Shown here: one piece after another, positions 1 through 11,800 of the stretch
Numbering within the stretch: position 1 is the stretch's first letter
Layout: each line of letters opens with the position of its first letter
Assembly: GCA_000708835.1 (NCBI GenBank)
Contig: DF236970.1
Coordinates: forward strand, 316,247-380,246
DNA: 64,000 bases
Direction of reading: 5' to 3'
DNA from: Klebsormidium nitens
Taxonomy: Eukaryota; Plantae; Klebsormidiophyceae
Notes under the pieces: model-generated
What the model was told of the DNA's origin: nothing
Databases searched by the model: none
The model's input: the letters and a program-made list of their open reading frames with translations, nothing else
Position numbers and translations under genes: made by a program

Positions 1-683
1 AAGATGTAAGCTGAAGTGCACGGTGACCTTAGACAAGAGCCCTGTTCAAGATGTCTGGGGATAGAAGTTGCATTTCACACCAGAGTGGTGGGTGAAAAAG
101 ACGACCATGATGGAGGAAGAAATCACCCAAAGGTAATCCGCCCACAGATACTCGCTCGAATCAGAAGTGTAAAGACCCAACCAACGAGCATCATCCATAA
201 CCTGAAAGTCACTGACATGTTGTCGACGGTTGTCAGACTGCTTGATGATTGTCGAAGCAGTCTGCTTGAATGACACTTGGGGAGAGCCCCTTCAACAAGG
301 TCTTGGATGATGGCGCGCCATTCATGGACCGGACAGGAGATAATGCCTTGCTCAGTTTTGACAACGGGTTAACCAAAATACCTACTGCTGCCTGGAACCT
401 TTTGCATGCCAGATTAATTGTAACCTCCTGGATTTGAGTAAGCATGCAAGAGTGAAAGAACTGCACACTTTGCTGAAAATCCAACTGCATCCAAGATGCA
501 GTCCACCACTTTCAGGCTTGAAAACTCAAAAGCCACATGCCCCGGGCTCAATCTTCCAACGGAGGAACAGAAAGGGAAGATTTGACCAATGCGGTTGCGA
601 TCCCTAGTCATCCACCACAAATGTCCGAAGCCCCAAAAGCGTATCCCAAGAAGCAAGGGCCATGGAGAACCAGAGGGGCGTAC

Positions 684-2280
684 CAGTGAAGTAGTTGTCA
701 ATGACGATGACCGAGTCCCCACGCTTGATCAGCTTATCCACCAAATGGCTCCCCACAAAGCCAGCCCCCCCAGTCACCAGAACGCGCCGCTCCTTCCTCA
801 GGGGGCTGACCGGCAGCCTGGACAAAGCCTTCGTCGCACCCCCCTGGGCTGGAAGCTTGCGAGGCAGCGAGTCCTCCTCGTCAGGAAGGTCTCCCCCTGC
901 TAGTTCAAACTCTTCAGTGTCGTCGTCTGAGCGCGTGGCGGCAACGCCGGACTTCTTGCTGACATACTGGACACGGGCCTGCAGGCACAGAATTTTGACT
1001 CATTGACCCTCTCGTCTTAAGCACTATCTTGTTGAGCACTCCTGGTTGAGTGCACCATTGAAGGGCTCCTGGTCAGAGTACAAACCCCAGTGATTGATTT
1101 TGAAACTTTAGCAGAAAGGCCACATATCATTCTTTTGGTTCGGTGTAGATCAGGAGTCTCAGAGCCGGGCACCTGGACTCCAGGATGCAGCTCCCAGTAC
1201 AACACTGATCATTGCAACTGAAATCTAAACAGATTTGGCCTGCTGGTTCAGAGCTGGTAGAATATGAACTGCTCTACGACTTTTCTCGCATTTAGCCGAG
1301 CAAGAAGCGGTCAGATTGCAGCAGGCTCCACAACGAAAGAAAATGCAGGTAACGAGCAACAAGAGAACTTCATTCTGCAGGTTACTGTGCCTGGTGGTTG
1401 ATCCCAATAATGAAAATGGATGAAACTCTGACAACCTGACGAAAACACGGCTTTAACATTGATGGGTGACATACTACTGGACGGCCTTTTGAAAGATGTG
1501 CCTCTAATTGGTCGCAAATCATCAACTTGTAACCAGTTGGCGAGGAAGCACAGCAGTTCCAGTATTTGGTAGTGCTTTCCCACGAGGAGGGAAGAAGCAG
1601 GTTCCATTTGCATCACATGTTCTCGGATCTGTAAACTTCAATCAAGCAAACCACAACAGTTCGAATGCTTAGCAACCCCTACGGTAGAAGTGTGAGAGCT
1701 GTTGAACGGGCACGGTTTTGGGATTCAGGGTTTGGCATGAGAGACCAAGCGTGGTAGGTGCACATCACAAGCTTTTTGCGACTGATTTTGAACCTCTGAC
1801 ATCTGATGGTTGTGCAATATTCATAGCTTGCAATGCTCAAGGCACCTCAAAAGAACCATAGCCTTGTGAAGACAAAACCCCTTCCCGAAGCCGCATCAAA
1901 GCGGCTCAGCAAGCAAGGAAGTCAATGCTTTCAATCAGGGATTTTGACTCCAAAATGATCCAATCTGAGCTCTTGCATCACACTGACGGTTATGTAACTG
2001 TCAGAGCAAAGTACACAGTCCGACAAAGAAGCCTCGACAGATTCTCTCAAAACCAACACAACCAATCAGATTGCGATTGATCAACAATGAACTCTAAAAG
2101 GTTCCCCAAAGAACCAGTAGATCTGCAGTTCTCCAAAACAAAATGCTCCTAAGGAGACTTCACCTCTGTTTGCGCTCCCACACCTCTTCCGAACCCGTCT
2201 CCAGCACCCGACACAGGAACGGCAGCCCATGCCGCAACCCCGAGAAGGACCCCAAACAGGATCAATGCCCGACGATCCAT
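684..2280 (-). CDS. UXS: UDP-glucuronate decarboxylase / UDP-xylose synthase (NAD-dependent epimerase-dehydratase family), 5' part only; remaining exons lie left of the window
   Basis: Exon 978-684 (cag| acceptor, |gtacgc donor) reads ...[40 protein letters not shown], the Rossmann GxxGxxG N-terminus typical of UXS. The probable first coding exon, 2280-2184, reads [32 protein letters not shown] (hydrophobic). Its phase requires an intermediate exon; candidate 1628-1534 is uncertain. Confidence 0.85.
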
Positions 2281-2869
2281 GTTGACCTCCTGAAACGATC
2301 AGAAAGAACAACCTTACAAAAATAACAGGGAAAGTGCCCCAGATATTCTTGGATGACTGAGCCGCTGTCAGTGTAAGCTGGTAAGCGCTGGAGCCGGTGC
2401 CAGCGGTGGATTCAAAATGCTGAGCGCTGAAAGAAGAACGCTGGTGAGCCACTGGTTTGGGACCTGTATAATAAACCACCTTGACGCTTAACACCAATAT
2501 GTTTCATAGTCACGAAAAGTAGTTGAGTATGTCTTCGTGTGCCGGCGCCGTTCCAAGGTTTAGGGTCAACATGATTTGCAGACAGTTAACCCTTCCTGGC
2601 ACCGCAAGACAAGCGCAGAACCCTAATTCTAGGATGACGTCAAACTGGGCGCCATGCCCAGCATTGCCATGAGCATATCTCGCACAGCGTTTGGAGGACG
2701 AAAGGCGCAATGCATGCCATAACTGCCGCAGTGCACGTCTTTCACCTGCTTCATTCTTATCGCACTAGGCTGAGTTTTGAAGGAAAGTGAAGGTTGAAAC
2801 CAGGACAGGCAAACGACCAGCACAGCGTTCTGCGGAGAGAATCAGGCTTCTCATAGTGAACTTGTAGGG
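2281..2869. promoter_or_regulatory. Divergent (head-to-head) region between UXS and EDR2, including 5' UTRs
   Basis: Start codons face outward ~590 bp apart. No specific motif was identified. Confidence 0.5.
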
Positions 2870-5800
2870 ATGGCTTCATCAAGGGTTTCTTCGTCCTTCC
2901 CAGTGACCAAGGAAGGGCAATTGTACGTCGTACGGGAGGCAGGGACTCTCAGTCTGCGGCGCTTTAAATGCAAAGGCCGCTACTTTGTCCTTAGAGGCAA
3001 GTTTGCCTACATCTACAAGAAGGCACCCAAGGCGGAATCTGATGCAAAGGCAAGTGAAGCACCAGACTGTTTATGCAGACTTGCATGTGTCACAAGTAAC
3101 TTGGCTCACTCTGACTAGAGGGGTTTGAGGCCGTCAGCCAGTTGACTTGGTCTGATTGACTCCCTGTGACTCACTGGACTTCATATTAATGGTGGGCCTT
3201 CAGTTGACTTTCTATGCTCCCTAGAAAAGAGCGCACCAATTGGAAGCTGTTGGCCCTTCCAAATGCTGCGTCTTCTTCATGCACATCTTCTTTGTTGTTC
3301 CAAATGAGTCTGAAGCCCTTTGATTATGCTTGTTAGACAAGCTGCCAATTTGAATTGGGGAATTGTGAGCAGACCACAGTGTCATGGACCTTGCTACTCG
3401 GATGTTGATTGAGTCAGTAGTTCAAATTTTGTTTGAGATTGCAGTGGATAGGTGGTCCAATTCTGGATCCAGAATTTGAGCACTGCTCCACTTGAGGCCT
3501 TCACTGAAGGTTCTTCCATTGTGTATCTCGTCAAAATCAACCTGGCGTCAGATTGATGGAAGCCCTCCTAAGTTAGGGCGGAAAGCAAAGGAGCACATAC
3601 TCACCAATCTGGATGTCAGAGGATAATTATCATGATCAGACGTAAGTTTATTGAACCTAGAATCGAAAAACCCTTCAGGAGAACGTACGGCGAGGTTACA
3701 TGGGGCCTCACGTCCGCCTGGCCGAGGCCGGGCGCATAATGGCGGGGGGGAACCCCCTGTATATATTCAAGATCTACTCGGCAATTGACCACAAGAAGGA
3801 GCTGACAATTGGGGCGCTCACTCCTGAAGCCGTGCATGAATGGATGAGCGCGCTGCAGTCCGCTATTGACTCGGTGAGGGGGTTTCAATCCTGATGTTGA
3901 TCGGCTCCAGCAGGGCGATAGCTGACTTTAGGAGCAGCAGATGGTTGGATCTGCAAGCCAGGAACATTACACTTAAGCGCCTAATGTGATTTTCATTGTG
4001 AGTCCCTATGTCAAATCAATATGGTGGGAGCAAGGGGATGGCTGCTTTTGTCAAACTTTCTGGTCACAAGAGTGGCTTTGGAGAACGGTCGAACTACAGG
4101 GTACTGAGTTACACAGATAATCTCTTGGTTGTTAACTGGTCAGCTGCTGAAGTCAGTGTGACCAAGAAGGCCATGCAAGATTCCCTGTGATCTTCTGTTG
4201 GGTAGGGACTACCCTGGCAACATCTTGGAAAAGTTGTTAGGCACGTATGTCAAGGACCACAAGAGTTGAAGAGCTTACTTTCAATGAAACTCATTGGACA
4301 ACAGGTTGCAGTGCCGATTGAATTCAGGACCTGGGGGAGTGCTTACCCCTGTATTCAGGGGCTCTACTGCTCTCCCGCTGGTCTTAGCTGGGGATTGCGC
4401 TCGGCACATGGTCAAGCCTCGAAGCCCCAAGAGGAGATGCAAGTGCCCCTAAGGTCACCTGATTGCCCTGCGAGCAGCCAATTCTTGGCAAAGTACCGGC
4501 CTACAGAAGCCAGACTGTGCATCTCACATTGTGGCCACCGGAATCCAAAATGCATGGGCGCAGAAAACGTTAGAGCATTACTTAGAAACAAAATTCTCGA
4601 TCCATTTCTTGTCCAGCTTACCAGATTTCTCATATTGATCCGCAGGTGGGCCCAGTGCGGCTGGTCCACTCCACTAGAGTGAGCACTGCGGCCCCTGTTG
4701 TGGAGGACAGCTTAACCCCCCGGAATATAGCTCGGTTTTCCGAACCGGGCCCCCGCGCAGGGAATGGAGTGAGCCCACGGAGGGTGGAGAGAGCTGAGGA
4801 GGGGCGCTCACAGGAGATGGAGTTGGTTGAGAGGTGCGCGTCTTTGAGGGTCAGGTTGCTAAATGGTCAGACGTTAGGTTGTGAATGGAAATTACTATAT
4901 CAGAGAGTATGCTATTAATCGACTCTTTATAATTGCAAATATCTTTGAGATGCGTGAAGAGTTGGTGATTGGGGCAGGGAATTGCCCCTCGTACTCATCA
5001 GTATAAACATGCTTGTCGAAACCGCTGGCCTACATCTTACTTTTCCGATCGGCTTGGTTGGTGACAAAAAGGCCGCTTCAACTCAGATTCTGACCGACAC
5101 GTAGCCGGCTTGCTCCCTTATTATGCGTGCTTGCACTTTGCAGCGAGTCTCCGGTCGGAAAAGCGCCTGCAATGCTGAGAAAGCACACGCGCAGGAAGGA
5201 CAGCTACGGAAGAGGTGGGTGTCTGATGCTGAAAAGGACTTTACTCAATGCACGGTACGTTTGTCATAGCGAAGGTGTGCACACACCTGGCATGGTTTCT
5301 GTGCATGCGAAGGGCGTGGTTTGTTAGCAGCTGAGAAGTCCAGGGCTTACTACTGAGGCGGCAGCTTGGCCGGCTGACACGCCAACTCTCCCCTGGATGA
5401 ACTTGAAAAAAATGAAGGCTGAACTCTTCTCAAATCACGAATTGTCAAAGCGACACAGCCTCGAGTTTGCTTCCTATTGACAACTCCAGCTGAAGCGCTC
5501 CATCTTAAGCTTTCCCGTGTTGCGAATCGCAGCTTTGCGGAATTCGTCAGTGTCAGCAGGCGGCTCGTTTGAATGTTTTTGACCGCTTACATCTTGACCG
5601 CATGTTCATCACTAGCGGATGTTTCCAAAGAGGAACCGATCCCGTCGAGACACGATAATCTGATGAACATCGAGAAACTGCTTTCTGGAGCCGGCATCTT
5701 TGATCTGGTCGAAAAGTTTGCAAAATGGTTTGAGAGTGTCTCGTCTATTTCGGAATTTGGATCTGACTGGCCCGGTTTATTCACAGGCATTCCTGAGTAC

Positions 5801-8800
5801 TTCAAAGACTGGACGGAGTCGGAGATTGCGCATGCGGGCCACGGAGAAATCCTTGACGCCATGGAGCGGGAGTCGGAGGCAGCGTCCGGAATGTCCTGGC
5901 GGCTCATCCGGTGTAGCAACGGTGAGGGGCATTCACACGGGTGCATTCTTTCCTCATTGGTCTGGGCGCTTGTGAATTGACCTGAGGGCTTTTCACATGT
6001 GGTCTTGAGGTACTCCTTCGAGCGAGAACTCAACGAGCGCAATCATAAGACTTTTCTATCAGCACAAATCCGTTCCGTTGCTTTGCTACCCCAGCGTCTG
6101 ATTTCCGCTTCCCAATTTTGCAAGCTTTCTTATGAGTTCGACCATGTCTGCATCTGGTACAACTGGTGATTAGACTACTTCGATTGGTTTCCTCCTGTTG
6201 CTTATATTCCGTTCCTCTGCTCCCCTTCAGGCCTCCGGTTCTTCGAACAGATACACGACTCCGAGGACGAGGTGGGTACAATCACGCCTCCTTACGTTGT
6301 GCCAACTGGTTTCACGCATTTATCGAGAACTCAGCTCGAGCAACCCCGTTCTATTTCCGCCGGTTCATTTTGAACGTTTGTGTCTTTTTTCCCACTTTTC
6401 CTGAACCCAGGGTTCGGGTTAGAAAAACCTATGATGTGGCCGTTCGGAGAGGCTCTGCAGAGGTGCGAAGCACGGCTTTGAAGGTGACCATCCAGATGAT
6501 TTTGCCAAACTAGCGAGAGACAACGTATACGGACCTTGGGAGGAGTCCTCCCTTCTTTCGTCACCCAAGTTCTGCCATCTGACAGAGCCTGACCGACTTC
6601 GAGGCTTGCTGACAAGCCTTCCGTTTCCAACCTGGAACCTTTTGTCCTGATGTCTTTTCCACAATCGTCCAACTCCCGGTGCTCTTCCTTGCAGAACAAC
6701 ACCCGGACGGTCAAGTCCATCGGCATCGTGGATGCTCCTGCGGACAAAGTGTTTGCTCTCGTAATGAGCATGGGGAAGCTGCGGCTCGAGTGAGTCTTCT
6801 AAATCAGACGGCGAAAAGTTATCGTTGAGAAGGCAACGGACCGTTTGATTTGCTTGGTGACTCGTCCCCCGAGAGCAATCAATCTACTCACGGGCGTGGT
6901 GTTGAATGACGAGCACTCACTCTGTCGAAGTTGCTCCTTCTTGTTTGAAACGGAAGCTTTTCGGCTGCTACTGCAGACGAGCTCAGTATGCGAATCTCAT
7001 ATGTTTTTTTCGTGAGAGGCACATGCTTCGTCATTTAGTCTCTGCATAAGTTGTTGAGGTCCCACAACAGTTGCTGCTCAAGATCCAGAGTCGTTGCATG
7101 GATTGTCGCCACCTGCACAGCACGTAGCACTAACGCGAGCTAATCCTTACGAGCAGTCGAGTCTCATCGCCGTCAAGATCGTCAAGGCCCATAAATTCCA
7201 GAGGTTTCATCGGTCGTAGAGAACCCTGAAAACTGGAAGCAGTCATCGCCGGTCGAGACCTCGAATTCCTGAAACCTCTGAGCTCTTATCGCCCTCCAAA
7301 AACGTCTAATACCTCAAACCTCAACGGCGCCTGGTACTTCAGGTGGGACGCGGTGGTCAAGGAAGGCAAGGTCGTGGAGGAGATTGACGGCCACACTGAC
7401 GTCATCTACAAGAAGCTGCGGAAGGACTGGCACCGGGGCCTGGCACGCAGCAGGGATCTGCTCATTTCGCGCTACTGGCGGCGGACGGAGGACGGCAGAT
7501 ACGGTGAGCCGACATATATTGCAGTGGATCCATACTCTGTTCGGCAAAAGTTTCACTCCGATGAGAAGCCTGGGGCGTTCTACTCGGATCTTGAAAAGCA
7601 GAGGCCAAGCTAGAGGGTCCTCCTATCTGTGCGTGACAGCTTGTTGTCAAGACCCGACGTCCTGGCATCGGACACTCTTAAGCACAGGACGAGAGCGATC
7701 CAATCATGAGTACTCTTGCGATCCTTTGCAAGCTAAAGCTGGAGACCGTACCGGCCGTTTGCAGGGGTAATTTTAGTAGAAGAGTCTTTCTTCAACGCGT
7801 TCCCAATTCTCTCAGCTATTGGGGAATTATGCCCTTTCTCACAGCTATGGTTACGGGTAATTGATTCCAACTTGTTTGCTATGCTGACGGATCCGCATTC
7901 AGACCGGGCACCCGTGCCCCCGTGCGATCAAACATACTGACGAAAAGCTCGTGACTTCGGTGCAGAGATTCTGTACTTCCCAGCTCGACACCGGGACTTC
8001 CCTAAGAAGTTTGGAGTTGTACGAGTCAAGGTTGTCAGTAAGTGTCTGGCACAGCGCTTCTCTTTTGTCATGGGCCATGCTTGTTATACTGGTGGGACAC
8101 ATTGTTTCAGTCCCTTGGATAGAGTGACGGTTTGTTGAGCTTGAACAGCCATCCATCACCTTTGGAGGAATCAATTGGCTGACATCAAGCTTACGAAAAT
8201 GACCCAAAGGATGGATCCACGACGTCCGACCAACTATCCCGCTGCCATGCTACCAGCCCTGAACCTCGTTGTCCTCTCGTGCTCAATCAGATGAACGTCT
8301 TGCTAGCCTATCATTCAATTCTTCAAGCGTTGATCTCCCCGATGCAGCGCATTCTCATGTAACGACGAGGCACTTTTTGGTGCCAGTTTCTCCATGTCAT
8401 CATTATGGTCTTTCACCATCCCTCTTTGGCTGAGATCGAAGTGTACCCATTGCTGACGTCATCACTCTCTCCACAGGCGGCGGCTTCGTGATCTCCCCCA
8501 TGGCACCCGCCCGCGGCACCTCCTCCCCGTGCTGCATCATGAAGCACTCCACCTATGTTTAGGAATCCGCTGACATATGTATCTTCATTGCTGACGTCTT
8601 TACTCTCGACAGGTGGCGGCTTCGTGATCTCCCCCATCGCGCCCGCCCCCGGCACCTCCTGGCGGCGCTGCATCGTGGAGCACGTCACTGCACCAACCGC
8701 AAACGTCATAGAAAACCTGCTGACGTCCGTAAGACTAGTCAATGCTGACGTCATCACTGTCACCACAGGCGGCGGCTTCGTCATCTCCCCCATCGCGCCC

Positions 8801-11800
8801 GCCCCCGGCACCTCCTCCCCGCGCTGCATCGTGGAGCACGTCCTGGAGATGAAGCCGCACGGTGTCTCCTGCTGCTGCGGCCAGGCGGGGCCCACCTACC
8901 GGGAACGCCTCCACTTCATGATGCTCAACCGAGTGGCCGGTAAGCTGTCTTTCTGCTCGCCCGTGTATTTTTCTTCTTCGCCGCTCTGTTGTTAGCTTGT
9001 GCGTTCTCTTTTCCTCGTGCTTAATATGCGCAGCAACACCTGGATGAGAATTTTCTGGAGCGCCTCCATTTCATGATGCTCAACCGAGTGGCCGGTGAGC
9101 CGTCTTTTTGCTGGCCCGTGTATATTTCTTCTTCGCTTGGTTGTTCATTTTTTGTTCTCTTTTCCTCGTGCTGGAAATGCGCAGCGACAAGTAAGTGATG
9201 TTGTGTATGGAAGCGCCCCCACTTGAGGATGCTCAACCGAGGGGCAGGTGATCCGTCGTTTTGCGGGCCCTTTCCCCCTTCTCTTCGTCACAGCAGGTGC
9301 TCCGGAGCTCGCTCTGAACTCTTTCCGGGTCTTCCCCCTCCGTATCTCTTGACTCCCTTACCCTGTCCGACTCCTCTGACGCTCCATCTGTAAACCCTAT
9401 CCCTCTGGCACCTCTCCACTGCCTGCAACATTCTCTCTCGAACTCTCTGCAACATGCTGTGGTGCTCAATTTATCTCGGTCCCTTTGGCAGGCATCCGTG
9501 AGCTGTTCGCTATCAAGCTGGCCAAGCCCCCTGCCCCCGTCTCTGCGTCTCGGACCCGCTCGATCGAGCACACGCACACCAAGGACGACTCCCGAGAGCT
9601 CTTTGTGAAGATGCCCTCCAACGCGTTCGAGTTTGGTAAGCGCGCATCCAAGATCTTTTTGAGTGGGTTCAGACCACACCAACAAGTGACGGGTTTTCCT
9701 CGCCAGGTCTGAGACAAAGGTTTGCAACGACACGGACTTGTGGCGAACTGACGAAAAGGCCACTGCTCAGGTCCATTTAGCGCAAGTTCTGCGTTTCACG
9801 AGCATTGCTGGAGTCTGTTTCTTGACAAAAGGACAGCAGGCTGCTGTCGATTTATGGGTAATGTCATCTACTTTTGGGTGGCTCTCTTTCACTCCCACGA
9901 ATTGCAGCTTCCCGGTTGCACCCCCGCTTCGTCGTTTTCTCTTGACGTCCGTGGACGATAAGGTTCTGACCTTGTTAATTTTGATTGCTCCCCGATCAGG
10001 GCTGCAGATGAGCTTGAGGACTCGGAGACTCTAGTCCCACGGATGCAGCTCTCCCCTTTGCGGATCTCGAACCCTAGGTTTTCACGATAAAAAAAACTGA
10101 CAAATAGAATACCCGGGAGCTCGACTGCAGGCGAGTTTAGAGAACCGGAGACGGCGACCCCGACGGGGCGCAGCTTCCCGTTCGCAGGCTTGGAACTCTA
10201 GCCTCAACAAACGACGCAAGGCTAAGTACCCGGAATCCAATCCTCTCTTCGCTTGGCTTGCAGGCGAGTCGGAAGATTCAGAGACGGCAAGCCCGACGGG
10301 GCGCAGCTTCCCGTTTGCGGACCTGCTGGAGGACGACACCGATGACGAGGACGACTTTTTCGACGCCACCAACGAGCTCACCGAGGCGCAGACCGCGCTC
10401 AAGCGGCAGCTCACGCAGCGGGTGGGTCTCTGCCTTCGGGATTCCTGATTATTGAAATAATTGACAAATTAAAGTTCCCGGGCCCTTCTTGTGGTGGGCG
10501 TTTTAGCGGTTGTCTTTCCTTTTCTCAAGCAACGAGCTTACCCGAGGCGCAGAGTGCTCTTAAGCGGCAGGTCACGCAGCGGGTAGGAATGCGTTTGGCG
10601 ATCCTGACTATTTAAAGGACAAGATGCAAAAAAGGAAAGCTTCGACATTACCTGCTTGTGGTGGGCGTTTCCGGCGGTTGTGTGTTTCACTTTCAACCAA
10701 CGAACTCACCGAGGCGCAGACCGCGCTCAAAGCGACAGCTCACTTGCGGGTGGGGATGCATTTGGGAACCCTGACTATGCATTTGGAATACGTGCTTTTG
10801 TGTGTATCGTTTTCGGTCGTATGACAGGGAGGGGGTTTGGAGATCCAAGGAGGTCCTTCAAGTTATTGTTGCTTTGCAGAGAAGACGAAGAGATAGGGGA
10901 CATCGTTTTGCTCGCCGCTTGGCTTGCTACGTGCTTTTACTGAATCCGAGCGCTCGTGCACTTAGAGTTGCTCCCTCTGAGCGCTCTGAAAAAAACTCAT
11001 AGGTGTTTGCTTCATGCAGAGGTTAAGTGGAAAAGCTCTTTCCACGCCAGAAGACGCGACCGAGCTTCGGCGGAACGCCCCCTACAGCTTCGTCTCTGGT
11101 AAGCGCCCCGGCATGGCAGGTGTTCGAATGCGAGCTATCGGGCTTTGCGTTTTCATCTCTTGGATTGTAAGGCTGTAGGGACGCTCACCGTTTCAAAAAT
11201 GTTCCCACTCTTGCTTTTGCATATTATTCTCGTAGCTTCTGAGGATCGGTCATCGACAGCTCTTGCTCGCACCCAGCAGAGGCACGACCCATGACCAGGT
11301 TGTGAAGTACGCAAGTCTCTCTGATCGGAACTTCGTTTGGAGCTCCATCAGTACTCGTTTACAGTATCCGCAAGTGCACTGTCCACATATTAAAACAGAT
11401 GACAGACTTCTTTCGGGCTTTTGAGCTTCCGTTGGCTGTCTGAGTGCGAGCACGCGGACTTACGTAATTCTCCTTTGCAGATGCCGCAAGGTGTTTTAGC
11501 CTGGCTTTAGCAGGTGGCGCCACACCATCGCTTATGCAGACCCGCCCCTAGCCTGGCTAATAGCAGATGCCGCGCACCGTTTCTTATGCAGACCCTCGGC
11601 ACGTCGTCCCCATTCCGGTTGACTTTGGCTCCTTTGTCGGCACGCTGGGGCGGGGCCCTGAGGAGAACGGCAAAGACAGCTGGAGCGAGCCAGCTGGACA
11701 GCTGTTCAAAGTGCGAGGAGCGAACTACCTGAAGGACCGGCAAAAGGTCAGCTGCTGGAAGCGCTTGTATGTTTACGTTTCTCCAAAAGCAACGAGGGTT

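Noticed and set aside
16-683. Short ORFs at the left edge as further UXS exons
   Set aside because: None encodes the expected next UXS segment (…ELIRHDV…), so the region is treated as intron.
8450-9260. Repeat-spacer-like periodicity resembling a CRISPR array
   Set aside because: The units are diverged copies of exon and intron sequence in a eukaryotic gene. There are no identical repeats with unique spacers and no cas genes.
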